DNA from: Eledone cirrhosa
Lineage: Eukaryota
Reading direction: 5' to 3'
Length of the DNA stretch: 64,000 bases
Assembly: GCA_964016885.1 (NCBI GenBank)
Contig: OZ024742.1
Coordinates: 143,840,001 to 143,904,000 of the forward strand
The position numbers and the translations under genes are program-made. Positions 1-12,699 of this stretch are shown here, in pieces; positions within the stretch are counted from its first letter, which is position 1, and each line of letters opens with the position of its first letter. The notes below the pieces were generated by a model. The model was given only the letters and a program-made list of their open reading frames with translations. It searched no databases and had not been told where the DNA came from.

Positions 1-550
1 TTTACTAGTGGGTTGGTGTGTATGAATAGTGGGTGGTAGAGAAATCTGAAATCAGGTTGCCGTTGGATATATAGCTAGCTGACTGCATGAAAAAGCATTA
101 GACGAGTGGTAGAGAGGAGGTGGTATTATATACTAGACCCTACCAATGTTTAGAGTAATGCCGACTCACCAGCAAGGGGTTTTTGATATATGGGTAGGGA
201 ATAAGGAAGTTGTGAATGAGTTGACATGGGATCCGTTTGCTATATTATCAACGTCATAACATTGGAATTACTAAAGGCCCCCCCCCCCCCCTCGAAATAG
301 AATGTTAGTATCGTTTTTAAAAGATGGTGGTGGGGCAAACAAGGAGGATGAAACTTATTTAAAATGTTATTTTTCATAGGACAGCTAAGCTAGTGAGGTT
401 GTCTGATGTGAATAGTATATTTACTAACATATATGGTATAGTAAGTAGCCCTATTTCTGTGACACCTGCAATTATTTCAGCTCCATGTTTGTTTTATTTT
501 TCTTTGTGTAATAATAGTATAGTGATATCGGGTCCCACCTAAAACAAAGT

Positions 551-741
551 AATAATTGTTTCTACTTTAGGCACAAGGCCAGCAATTACCCAGTGCATTA
601 CTGGTACTTTATTTTATCGACCCCGTAAGGATGAAAGGCAAAGTCAACCTCGGCGGGATTTGAACTCAGATCGTAAAGGGACGTAACTATGCTGGAAAGC
701 ATGGCGTCCGACCCTCTACCGATACTGCCAATCCACCGCCC
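551..741 (-). mobile_element. tRNA-derived SINE, full-length (octopod-type family)
   Basis: Minus strand GGCGGTGGATTGGCAGTATCGG (A box)...GAGTTCAAATCC (B box)...AAAGTAGAAACAATTATTA tail; near-identical to copies at 5478, 19689, 52268. Confidence 0.9.
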
Positions 742-1239
742 TAACTTAAATAATAATAACTGAAGTTAGCAAAGACATATGATAGAAATAATTTGAATCA
801 TAACATTTCTCTTATATAGAAATGTTGGAGTAACTGCAGCTTTTTTCTCTCGGTGTAGCTTGGGTTATATTAACGCATGGATAGGCCCCGAGCTTTTCTG
901 ATATTTCGAACCCCCCCCCCCCCCATCTGGCACTTCAATATTTCACCCCACTACAAAAAAAGAAAGAAATGACGCCTCTCTCTCCACCCTCAAACTTCAG
1001 CCTTGTCAGTTTTATGAATAATATATATGTAGTTACGCTAGATGCTTGAAATGACGGTAAAATCTCCCTTAAGTCATACACTACTTAAAAACAAAAGAAA
1101 AGAAATTGCACAATTTAGTCTTCGATACAAAAAGACTCATTAGTCATAATAGGCCTTCTCAATCAAAGCTAACCTAGTTATCCGATCTAAAGAGTATGAT
1201 AAACAGATCCATTTATTTATGTTGTATACTAACGCAAAT

Positions 1240-1654
1240 ATAATAATTGTTTCTACTCTAGGCACAAGGCCAGCAATTATCCAGTGCATTACTGGTACTT
1301 TATTTTATCGACCCCGTAAGGATGAAAGGCAAAGTCAACCTCGGCGGGATTTGAACTCAAATATAATAATAATAATTGTTTCTACTTTTGGCACAAGGCC
1401 AGCAATTAATAATAATTGTTTCTACGTTAGGCACAAGGCCAGCAATTACCCAGTGTATTACTGGTACTTTAATAATAATTGTTTCTACTTTTGGCACAAG
1501 GCTAGCAATTATCCAGTGTATTACTGGTACTTTATTTTATCGACCCCGTAAGGATGAAAGGCAAAGTTAACCTCGGCGGGATTTGAACTCAGACCGTAAA
1601 GGGACGTAACTTTATGCTTCAAAGCATGGTGTGCGACTCTCTACCGATACTGCC
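1240..1654 (-). mobile_element. Cluster of the same SINE: one partial copy, repeated tail modules and one nearly full copy
   Basis: AATAATTGTTTCTAC...GGCACAAGGCCAGCAATT occurs four times; core TTTATCGACCCCGTAAGGATGAAAGG occurs twice. Confidence 0.85.
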
Positions 1655-1807
1655 ATACTTTAATAATAATGATATGCTGTTATTATTGTGGTCATTTGCG
1701 TTGAGACGCGCACATTTCACATTTCAAATGTTCCCAATACTTCTTAAGTCAACCGTTGTTTACACTTCTTGTTACATGCTTAAAATCTAAATATGCGTAA
1801 TTAGTGG

Positions 1808-1888
1808 CCCCCGGCTCATTAGCGTAATGGTTAACGCATTCATCCGACATTCGAGACATTCGGGGTTCAATTCCCCGCAGGCGTTTCC
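1808..1888 (+). pseudogene. tRNA-like sequence (tRNA pseudogene or head of another SINE)
   Basis: A box TAGCGTAATGG and B box GGTTCAATTCC at tRNA spacing; acceptor and anticodon stems do not pair well. Confidence 0.5.
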
Positions 1889-1952
1889 GTCCACTTTTCC
1901 ATCTATCCTGTTATCATTAATAGCGATCGATTATTATTATGATCATTTGCAG

Positions 1953-2143
1953 AGCGGTGGATTGGCAGTATCAGTAGAGGGTCGGACGCCATGCTTTGCA
2001 GCATAGAGTTATGGCCCTTTCCATTCTGAGTTCAAATCCCGCCGAGGTTAACTTTGCCTTTCATCTTTACGGGGTCGATAAAATAAAGTACCAGTAATGC
2101 ACTGGGAAATTGCTGGCCTTGTGTCAAATGTAAAAACAATTAT
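1953..2143 (+). mobile_element. tRNA-derived SINE copy
   Basis: Matches the 551-741 family over its full length. Confidence 0.85.
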
Positions 2144-2237
2144 TATGATCATTTGCGTTGGGGAACACGCATTTCAAATTTTCTCAGAGATTCTAAAGTC
2201 ACGGTTGTTTATATGTACACACACACACACACATACG

Positions 2238-2288
<51 letters not shown>

Positions 2289-2416
2289 GTAAACAAAACC
2301 GTTATTGCTCCAACCAGTCTCTACACCATCAATAGCTGCCCTAAATATACATACACGGTACATATATACACATATATAGAACAAACTGAAACAATCATCG
2401 AACGCCATATACGTAA

Positions 2417-2600
2417 ATAATTGTTTCTATTTTTGGCAGAAGGCCTGCAAATTACCCAGTATATTACTGGTACTTTATTTTATCGACCCCGTAAGGATGA
2501 AAGGCAAAGTTAACCTCGGCGGGATTTGAACTCAGATCATAAAGGGACGTAACTCTATGCTTCAAAGCATGGTGTCCGACTCTCTACCGATACTACCAGT
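2417..2600 (-). mobile_element. tRNA-derived SINE copy
   Basis: Matches the 551-741 family. Confidence 0.85.
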
Positions 2601-3739
2601 AAATAATGTATTCAGAAAACAAAGTCAACATTAAACACAGTATCTAGTGGACAAGACCATCGGATTCTAAACTCGTAAAAATAACATTCGTAAAAGCTGA
2701 GCCAATCATGAACTAAATGTCTATATTAGAGCTAAAACATACCCCATAATCCCTCCTTCAGATATCATTCATATAATCCAACCCCCAACTCGCTCTAAAT
2801 ATGAGTACGGGGAAGAATGGACTTTTTCAAGCTGTAGCCGTCAAATTACACAGTTTCTGTATAAGAATAGACAATAAATAATATCTATTGTTACCGGCAG
2901 CAACTACAACCTCATTACGTAATAGGCCCTCTCTCGTATAACCTTGACCTTAAACCCTCAAATAATTACCAAGATGTCGTAATATCGCGCAACGGAAGCC
3001 TCAGGTTTCAAATAAATGTAATATACATATTCGAATGCAAAACTTAATTAAGATTAAATAAGATACTATAAGATATTAAAGAAAAGAGCGAAACGATTAT
3101 AAGACGAAGAATACCAGAAATCTAGTTCTTATTCCATCGAAATGAATCCATGATGAAAAATATAAATATGACATCAGAAAATACTATAACCAAAACGTAT
3201 AAATCTCAGTGACATAATTAATATAAAATAAACATAATATATATTCTCGAATGCAAACCACAATTAAGACTAAATAAAATATAGATGAATCTACAAGTAT
3301 AAAATATTCAACCATGTCGTCATCAGAGAGAATAGCAAAAAATAAAAAAAACAAAAAAACAAAAACAAGACTTATCTATTTGTATTGTCTGGCTATTGCC
3401 GATAAAATGATGATCTGTACTTTGGCACTGTTCTCTGATGTCACTGGGCAAGTAACAAATGTTTATAAAATGTTATTACCCCTAAACAAAGCTAAATTTT
3501 AAGTAGGTCATCATAGTATACAGTTTAAGTTTCTATAGTTTCAATGTAAAATTACACACCCCTTACTTTTACTAAAATTACTTCCACGAGGCAAATATAA
3601 CAAACTTTACTTAGATCTCAAACGAATAAATAAAATTAAGAATAAATTTAAATAAATTCAGAACATATGCTTTCCAAAGCAAACCGAAATCAACCCTCTA
3701 CCCACCCCAAATGTTTTGATCTATGTTAAATACGTTAAC

Positions 3740-5080
3740 CTTCTACTACCTTAAGGCAAATAACTTAAATTTCAAAGTCCTATGTCTCTCATCTGCAAAC
3801 CAGAAATAAACCCGAAATTTTACCAATATCTCCCTATGAGCGCCAAGGCACTTACGAAAACGCCGTATTCGAAATTGATCTGTGTATTCCTGTCCTACCA
3901 TATGTTTTAAAAGTTTATTCACAACCTCCGTAAAAACATTCATCTGGCTAAAATTCAAAGCTAAAATCCTTAGTTTTATTGTAGACCTTTGTAATTATCG
4001 TTTTGCTGCCTAGTTCGATAGCGACATCTCGTCACATCCATTCCTATTCACCTCTAAACTATTCTGATAGATCTTGTGCAGCAAACCCTCAAAATTATTA
4101 TAATTAGGAACAAATATATCATCGATATACCTACAACATCCACCCAACTGCCTAATTAGGCCCATTCTCTTAAGCTTTCTTAAACCCTTTAGAATCTAGA
4201 GGTATTTTATTTTGCAAGGTACTATTTTTCCCCTGAGTTTGTGATTTCAGAGAAAGGTAAGAAATTCTTCATATTTTGCATCTTTTGTATTTTGACTTTA
4301 CAGTTTCAATTGTAGAATTGTCTATCCACTCAAAATATTACAACAGCTAACAGTGAAATATAGAATTTAAAAAAAAAATCTTTTTCGACTGAAATCAAAT
4401 CTTTTTTTCTTTTTTTTTAAATTTGAAATAGCTTGCCTTTGTTTTGGACTGAAACCTTTTTTGTATTTAATTCGTACGAGTATTTTTTAAAGATTCTAAC
4501 ATAACTTAATTTGGCACAGTAATCTACTGATTTCAAAATCAGTAGTATATTGAAAAATGGAAAAATAGGGTAGGGGGCGTTTCGTGATTTCGAGGGGCAA
4601 AAGGGGCCGTTTGGCCGAAATGGGTTGAGAACCTTTGCTCTAGATATTCAAACTCACAGGATAAATATAAATACACCAAGAGCGAGCTACAATTCCCGCC
4701 CATTGGTGTACCTCTTACCTGCCTGAGAACATTACAATTAAAGTTATAATAAACATCACGTTCTAACTATCTAGCTAAAACTGACAAGCACTATTTTTAG
4801 CATATTATAACGAAATTACATGCTACTTCATCCACCGACGCTATGATATACCTATTGCGAAACCCATTCAAAAATTGCTTCATCTCGGGCCCATTAACTT
4901 TAAACGGCCCCTGCAGCAACGAGCCCAACCCTCTTAACGTACTCTTTACCAAACTAACAACCCTGTTCTGCCATTTCCGGAACACCTCACAAGCAAAACC
5001 AAATTTCAGGTATAACTTAACTACGAAATCATCGATTGATTCCATCACCAACTAACCTACCATGAACTTATAGATTTTTA
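3740..5080 (-). pseudogene. Decayed Penelope-like element reverse transcriptase (possibly Naiad/Neptune type), interrupted at ~4200-4640 by an hAT-like insert
   Basis: Minus-strand translations in the expected order: YIIASVDEVACNFVIIC (~4800-4850, DKA-like motif), VLRQVRGTPMGGNCSSLLVYLYL (~4660-4730), CRYIDDIFVPNY (~4100-4136). A GGTTGAGAACCTTTG-CTCTAGA end at ~4622-4644 resembles a Charlie TIR plus target site. Confidence 0.7.
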
Positions 5081-5477
5081 GATTTAGTATCCTTCATGAT
5101 AAGCCATCTCAGATCGTCACGCGGGAATTGTTAGGCTGGGTTTACGGTAGAAGACATTCCCAGGGCCCAGCATTGGGATAGAATCCAGAATTATGTGGTT
5201 TCGAAGTCAACGTCTTAACCAGGCATCCGTCACGTATTTAACACCACCTTCTGGCTATCAAGAGTCTGATCTGAAAATAACTCGAAAGACTGCTTCCTAC
5301 TGTACCGATACATGCGTCACACGTTAGCCAGGAAGCTTCTACGGGGTCGCTCGATCTGCTAGAAATAACAGCCAAATTTCATTGAAACCACACCTCACTG
5401 ACCTAAAAAATTACATACTGGACAATGTCGTTCTAGTTTATTGCACACAAGAAATAGACGGGATGGTTGACGTGGGA

Positions 5478-5670
5478 TAATAATTGTTTCTAATTTAGGC
5501 ACAAGGCCAGCAATTACCCAGTGCATTACTGGTACTTTATTTTATCGACCCCGTAAGGATGAAAGGCAAAGTCAACCTCGGCGGGATTTGAACTCAGATC
5601 GTAAAGGGACGTAACTATGCTGGAAAGCATGGCGGCGGACCCTCTACCGATACTGCCAATCCACCGCCCC
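5478..5670 (-). mobile_element. tRNA-derived SINE, full-length, with target-site duplication
   Basis: Family match; GACGTGGG(A/G)TAATAAT on both sides. Confidence 0.9.
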
Positions 5671-5825
5671 TGGGACGTGGGGTAATAATAACTAATGAGT
5701 CATTATTTTCCTTCCTATCAGTCCTTGGATGGGGAAAAGGCTATTGGCAATGATTTTCCTTGTCTAAACAAAAATGGAAAAGAAAGAAAGAAAAGAAGAT
5801 TTATATCGAGTTGTAAAGACTGGGG

Positions 5826-5910
5826 CTCGTCAGAACACCGAAGTTAAACAACGAAGAAGCTAGTTAGTACTTAGATGGGTGGAAACATAAGAAACAGAGG
5901 TACTGTACGC
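5826..5910 (+). pseudogene. Degenerate 5S rRNA fragment (3' two-thirds)
   Basis: CTCGTCAGAACACCGAAGTTAAACAACG...GTTAGTACTTAGATGGGTG...GGTACTGTA aligns by eye to metazoan 5S (GAAGTTAAGC; TTAGTACTTGGATGGG); 5' end missing. Confidence 0.7.
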
Positions 5911-5962
5911 ATATTTCATTAATGGCTTTACCGCAACATAGCTACAGCGTGTGGGTTAGAGC

Positions 5963-6006
<44 letters not shown>

Positions 6007-6329
6007 AAATCATTTACTTTTTTTAATAAAAAATATTAACTGGTCTTCTTTGTGTTAAATGAACTGAAGCCCCCAACAACTCAGCAGATATAAAATCGAA
6101 TATTTCTTTTGTACCGGTACACAACACCTTTATAGGAAGAAATGAGAGAGCGTGTCATTATTATCTTTTTCCTGAGAGCATTCGTGAGGCAAGTGAAGTG
6201 AAAATGCCATCAAGTAGAAATGGAAATTGGATATTACTTTGTCTAGTAGAAAGGGCTTCACCCATAACCTTTGTAAGTCATTGCAGAGAGAGAAGTGGAA
6301 GGGAAAGGATTAAGAAAGAGATAGACTAA

Positions 6330-6710
6330 AAGCATAAAGAGAAGGAGACTATTGAGTGAATTAACCCCATTGATTTATTGTTGGGGTAACGTTACTCGAT
6401 AGAGTGCGTAGTTCGTAGATCAGTGAGTCACTCCAGGTAGAGCCCCTAGCTACTTCTCCGAATTGAGAGATCACAGCTCCGATAATACAGACGTGTGGTT
6501 AGGGTTAGAATATCTCAGGAAGGAATCGCTGGACAGATTTTACGGGAAAACCCAACAGGCAAGAGACCCAGGGGTAGATGACAATCAAGCCGGATCAATT
6601 GGAGAAAGTTGCTTCTGACAGGACCGACTGGAGGGAGTTTGAGGACTCTTCCCCAACGACCCTCTCAAGAAGAAGAAGAAGAAGAAGAAGAAGAAGAAGA
6701 AGAAGAAGAA

Positions 6711-6750
<40 letters not shown>
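6330..6750 (+). mobile_element. Old RTE-clade LINE 3' fragment with (GAA)n/(GAT)n tail
   Basis: Broken translation LLLRIERSQLR*...ILRENPTGKRPRGR, typical of the RTE C-terminus; trinucleotide tracts at 6668-6750. Confidence 0.65.
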
Positions 6751-6754
<4 letters not shown>

Positions 6755-7407
6755 ATTGTTACTAGCTGCTATCGTTTTGGTTTCGGCAACATCGGGTGTA
6801 TATGATTATAAACTGAACCGTACTGAATTGATTAGAATATATTTGAATACGTTTAGTGCATTCGAATTTATTTTGACATTTCTATTTAAACCAGACACAT
6901 TTAATCAACTATTAATATAACACTGAAAAAGTTAATTTTGTCTGTAAAGACAGAATTTCTGAAATGTTAGTATAGAAATTAAATTCTAAATTGAGGTTAA
7001 ATTTATGTAATGTAGTTAAACAGAGTTAAAAAAGGGAAAGAAACGAATCTCCTTAATGGCAATATTCATAATGATGGCTACGATATGAACTATTGAACAT
7101 AATAATAACAGCATTCAGAGCAATAACACTAACAGAACGGAATACTGAAGGATTATCATTATTTTAAAAAGAAATGAAATTTGAAAAAAGAAAAGATCTA
7201 AATACGTTTAGATAGAAAGAGCTTCGAGGCATTAATGATAGCAGTTTATGTTCTAGTTTTATTTTTTTTTAAATGTCTGACTAATAGATAGAGAGAGCCG
7301 GTTTCTAATCTAAAAACAAAGTCCCTTTCAATGGAATATAGACAACAGCAACTAGGTAATTATGTATGAATGTCTGCAGGTATGAATGTCATTATGTATA
7401 TGTGGGA

Positions 7408-7571
7408 GGGTGGTGGATTGGCAGTATAGGTAGAAAGTTTCAGCCCTTTACGTTCTGAGTTCAGATCCCGCCGATATTAGCTTTGCTTTTCATCCTTACG
7501 CACTGGGGTCGATTCATCAACTTTCCCCTCCCTTCAAATTGCTGGCCTTGTGCCTAAATTAGAAACAATTA
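7408..7571 (+). mobile_element. tRNA-derived SINE, diverged copy
   Basis: GGTGGATTGGCAGTATAGG...GAGTTCAGATCCC...AGAAACAATT. Confidence 0.75.
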
Positions 7572-7754
7572 CATATATGTGGATCTGTATATTTTCAATT
7601 ACATATGCTGACATATAGTATATACGGGTGTGTATTTGCAGTTATTACATAGGTCTAGAATGATTTACATATTTTTACATTAATGGATTATATTTGCACT
7701 TTCCTAATTAGCCGTGCTCTTTCTGGTTTTGTGAAGCTCATGTATGTATGTATG

Positions 7755-8298
7755 TCAGGTTGCACTTCAGCACTAATGATAACATGTGACCCAGTACAAC
7801 CTGTGCATGGTGGGGTCGTCGGTGACATAACTAGAAATCCCACCAAGTTTGCTCGGTGAGGAGGGTGATTTGGACACCTTGTGGGATGAAAAACAAAACT
7901 CGTCAAAGGGCAGAGGAACTCAGGAGAGTCAACGGCCATCCAATAAAGTTTTTTTTTAAAGTTTTTCTTTTGTGGAGCGAGAGACTCATTAAAACATCTC
8001 TCTAGGAGAAGGTCATTCTGATATAAAACCTGTGACTTCGTTTGTATCCAATGATGTAGATCAGTTTTTCTTTTGGGGCAATTGCATTCGATGTTCAGAG
8101 GGTGGGATTGGCTCCGTGTAAAGCCTTTCGTTACTTAAAAAGTCTCCAAACACAGTAATCCCTTGATATGTGACATTTTTTTGTGATTCATAGTATTGCT
8201 GGCCATAGGCAAGTCCCTATCAGGAGTTAAAAGCCGTCTGTGATGCTCATGGTTAAGTATCAAACGATGGCATACTCGAAATCGAGTTGCAGTCATCA
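7755..8298 (+). mobile_element. Non-autonomous RTE-related element, unit 1 of a head-to-tail array
   Basis: Homologous to 8391-8979; ends GGCATACTCGAAATCGAGTTGCAGTCATCA-(TGTA)n, like the RTE end at ~11852-11883. Confidence 0.7.
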
Positions 8299-8390
8299 TG
8301 TATGTATGTATGTATGTATGTATGTATGTATGTATGTATGTATGTATGTATGTATGTATGTATGTATGTATGTATGTATGTATGTATGTA

Positions 8391-8979
8391 TTATGGTAAC
8401 ATGTATTCCAGTACAACCTGTCCCATGGTCGGGTCGTTGGCGACTAAACTGGCAACCCCACCAAGGTTTCTTGGTGAGGAGGGTGACTTTGGACATCCTG
8501 CAGGACTAAAAACAAAACCTGTCAAAAGGCAAAGGAGCTCTTAAGAGTCAATGGCCATCCAAAATCACCGGGAGAGATGACCCCTTAGCCTTTGTCAAGG
8601 CAGAATTCTAGGAGAAGGAAAACTCTGATATAACACCTGCAACCCTGATGGTATCCAATGATGTTGACTTGTTCTTCTTTTTGGTAAATATCATCTTGGT
8701 TAAGAGAGTGGGACTGGCTTTGTGCAGTGCCTTTGCTCACTATAAAAGCTTCACGGCACAGGCATTGCTTTATATCTGGAGATCTCTCTGCATTTGTCGT
8801 CACATGGTACCATGGGCCCAGCACTATGTGTCAATAATTGTCACAAGTGTAGTGTTTGTACCAGAGCTTTCAAGTCGCTGGCTGGACTAAAAAGTCACAC
8901 TCGTTCAGCGCATCAGTAGGGGTTCTCCTACATGGATATAAAGTAGTGGCCGTACTCGAAAACGAGTTGGCAGCCACCA
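8391..8979 (+). mobile_element. Non-autonomous RTE-related element, unit 2
   Basis: Homologous to 7755-8298; ends GGCCGTACTCGAAAACGAGTTGGCAGCCACCA-(TGTA)n. Confidence 0.7.
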
Positions 8980-9036
8980 TGTATGTATGTATGTATTATG
9001 TATGTATGTATGTATGTATGTATGTATGTATGTATG

Positions 9037-11354
9037 CATGAGGAACTCAGGGATGTAAAATCACGTGTTAGGCGGAGTCTTTCTCAGATGAAGGATCAGT
9101 GGTGGAGTGAGAAGGCTGGTGAGATACAAACTGCGTCTGATTCCAATAACACAAAGCTGTTGTACAGTCTCTTGCGTGAGGTTTATGGACCGTCTCCTTC
9201 TCTGGTGACACCGCTTCGCAGCAAGGATGGCAAAGAACTTCTTCGTGACTCACAAGGAATTCTACGAAGGTGGCGAGAGCACTTTGACGCTCTTTTGAAT
9301 CAGCCGTCTGTCGTCAGTGAAGATTTCCTCAATCTCATTCCAGAAAGTCCTGTGAAAGTAGCTCTCACAGAACCTCCGACGCTTGTGGAGGTTGCAGTGG
9401 CTATTTCGAAGCTGAACAGTGGAAGATCTCCATGTATGGATGGCATACATGCTGAGCTCCTACAATATGGTGGTGAGAGACTCCTGCAACATCTTCACTC
9501 TTTGTTTGGCAGGATATGGGCTAATGAATCCGTACCTGGGGACTGGAGAGATGCAGTAATGGTGGTCTTGTACAAGGGAAAGGGTAACAGGAACGATTGT
9601 GGGAACCACAGAGGTATATCATTGCTTTCTGTCGTAGGGAAAGTTTTATGTAGGGTGCTTCTGGACCGTCTGCTGACACACATTGCAGATTGTGTTCTTC
9701 CTGAAAGTCAATCTGGTTTTCGTGCTGGACGCGGCACTACTGATATGATCTTCTCAGCTAGACAGCTCTAGGAGAAGTGCATGGAACAAGGCTTGGATCT
9801 GTATCAGGTTTTTGTCGATCTGACAAAAGCTTTCGATACTGTTAACAGAGATGCATTATGGAAGGTTCTCCAGAAACTTGGTTTCCCTGATAAGTTCCTT
9901 GCTTTAGTTAGGTCTTTCCATGACGACATGAAGGCTTGGGTTAATGTCGGGGTAACATGTCGGAGCCTATCTCAGTAAAAAATGGAGTGAAACAGGGGGA
10001 TATTCCAGCACCGACCCTGTTTGCCATATACTTTGCAATGGTTTTCTGTATTGCATTCAGGAATTGCGAGCATGGTGTTTACATCCGATATCGAACCTCA
10101 GGCAGCATATTTAACATCAGGCGCTTTGCTGCGAAGACAAAAGTATTTACATCAATCATAAGAGACCTCTTGTATGCAGTTGATTGCGATCTTGTAGCGC
10201 ACACAGAGAGTGATATGCAGCACATTTTGAATACATTTTCTGACGCTTGCACTGCCCTAGGTCTGACTGTCAGTCTCAAGAAAACCGTCGTCATGTACCA
10301 ACCTGCCCCTGGTAAGCAGTACACTGAACCAAACATCTATGTGTATGGCAAACGACTTGGAGTGGTTGATCAGTTTGTCTACCTGGGAAGCACTGTCAAT
10401 CGATACAGCAACCTTGACAGTGAAATCTCACTTAGGATTAGGAAAGCAAGTGATACTTTCGGAAAGCTAGAAAGGCGACTCTGGGGTCGGCGAGATATAT
10501 GCAGGGGGACAAAGGTAAAGGTGTACAGGGCATGTGTGCTCTCTTGTCTTCTTTATGCCTGCGAGACCTGGGTCACATATCAACACCACCTTAAGCAATT
10601 GGAGCGTTTCCATCAAATGTGTCTCAGACGGATCCATGGCGTTCACTGGAGGGACCACATCAGTGATGTCGAGATTTTGGAAAGCTCTATGTGTGACAGT
10701 ATAGAAGCTCTTGTGCTTAAGCAACGACTCCGTTGGAGTGGTCACCTTGCCAGGATGAAGGATTCTAGAATACCAAAACAACTCTTTTATGGAGAGTTGG
10801 TTAAAGGAAAACGACCGCCACATAAACCAAAAAAGAGGTATAAGGATTCCTTGAAAGCCTCTCTGAAAGACGCTAACATCTCTGCTGATACATGGGAGAA
10901 TATTGCTGCTGATCGTAATAAATGGAGAAAGAGTGTATATGAGGGAAAAGTTGCCTTTGAGGCATCTCGAATCGCATACGAGAAAGTAAAGCGGGATGTG
11001 AGGAAGGGCATTGCTGTTGCACTTCCAGACGGCGAGGGTCCTCCTATGGTGCTGACATGCAACGTATGTGCGAGACTCTGCCTAAGCAAAGCTGGACTCG
11101 AAAGTCATCTTCGCAGTCCTAAAGTAAGACCAGTGGTTGACTACCAGGCTGCTGTTGGAGATGCTACTCATCATGCTTGCCAAACATGTGGTAGAGAATG
11201 TAAATCAGCAGGAGGGCTCAAGCGACATGCAAAAGTACACGAACTCCAACCACAGCCGACTATTCCCAGTGAATGTTTTGGTTGCCGACTCTGTGCAAGA
11301 CATTTTAGATCATTGGCTGGGCTAAAAAGCCACATTCGATCGCAGCGCTGTTAG
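9037..11354 (+). pseudogene. RTE reverse transcriptase ORF (disrupted) with three C-terminal C2H2-like zinc fingers
   Basis: NHRGISLL, PESQSGFR, FVDLTKAFDTV, GVKQGD, LYAVD (YADD mutated), FVYLGS, RLRWSGH; CxxC...H fingers at the C-terminus; in-frame TAG at 9769-9771 and a frameshift near 9957. Confidence 0.92.
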
Positions 11355-11362
11355 TTGCTATC

Positions 11363-11394
<32 letters not shown>

Positions 11395-11585
11395 GCTTGT
11401 GTGTGTGCGTGTGTGTGTATATATATATGTATATGTATATCATTATTGTTGTTGTCGTTATTATTATTGTTATGATTATTATTATTATTATTGTTAATAA
11501 TGTATGTGTGTGTGTATATATGTGTGTGTGAGTGTGTGTGTGTATATGTGTATGTATATGTATATATATATATATATATATAATA

Positions 11586-11676
11586 TATATTATGTATACT
11601 CCAGTCCTACAAACTGTAGAGTGCGTCTTATCCGATATCTGCATTGCTTTATTGTACTACAATAAAACTCACCTCC

Positions 11677-11681
<5 letters not shown>
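11586..11681. repeat. ~96-bp dispersed repeat between (TA)n tracts
   Basis: Reverse complement of 17860-17956, nearly identical. Confidence 0.8.
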
Positions 11682-11736
<55 letters not shown>

Positions 11737-12699
11737 AAAGAATAGAGGTGTATATATATATATATATTTCTTTCTTTTTTTTTTCTTTTTTTTTTCTTTT
11801 TATTTATTTATTATTATTATTTTTTTTTTTTTTTCTTTCTCCTCGTGCAATGGCCATACTCGATAACGAGGGGGCAGCCATCATGTATGCATGTATGTAT
11901 GTATCTATGTGCGATTGGCTATATATAAACGTATAAACACACACACACACACAAACTGTTTTGTTTTTTTCTTCAGAAATAGTGACGTGTTAAGCGAGAA
12001 TCTATCAACTCCTCGTAGAAATATCTATAGGTTGTTGGAACCGCCCAAGAACGGATCGATGTGCAGAAATAAAGCGGAACCAAGAATTAGTAGCAAACAT
12101 TGTTTACTACTTCCAACGAGTCATGGAAATATTAAAAATTTTTACGAATTTGTTTTCGGAGTTGCCTCTCTTGTCTTTCTCGATAAGACTTGTCAATAAC
12201 TCTAACGATATGTTTTTAATTACATGTAAAATTTTAATTGATTAAACACACCTACACACTTAACTAACTAATTTGTAGTCATGTGTTTATGACCGTTGCT
12301 GTTCCAGTTTTATTTCTTGGCTAGTAGCATTTTCAAATCATTTGCATTTTCAAATCATTTGCATTTCAAATACATTTCTTAAGTACATGAACGTCATACA
12401 AGTCAAAAAGAGAACCTGCTTGAAATAGCAGCCAAATGACTTTTAAATTACATCCAACCATGTTTTATAATGAAAATGTTGCATTACATAAAGACGGGCT
12501 AGTCGCAGTTAGAACAGATTTGATAGTTGATTTGTTCGATCAGAGCTAACCTAAGGCTAATCATCAAGAGCAACAAGGAGATTTTACATGATCATTCGGT
12601 GTGTTAGAATTAGCAATTAAATCTTCTTTAAACTTTATCCTGACTTAAAAAAGGAAAGGACACATTTGATAATGAGCACCCTTGGAACATAATTTTCGT

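Larger units (their letters stand above)
9037..11883 (+). mobile_element. 5'-truncated RTE-clade LINE
   Basis: RT-encoding segment plus 3' UTR ending GGCCATACTCGATAACGAG...GCAGCCATCA-(TGTA)n; 5' end abuts (TATG)n; no endonuclease domain. Confidence 0.9.

Noticed and set aside
1-540. Possible decayed PLE C-terminal coding remnant on the minus strand
   Set aside because: Only weak motif resemblance across frameshifts; not supportable by eye
6609-6920. Acidic poly-E/D protein ORF
   Set aside because: (GAA)n/(GAT)n tail of an RTE fragment
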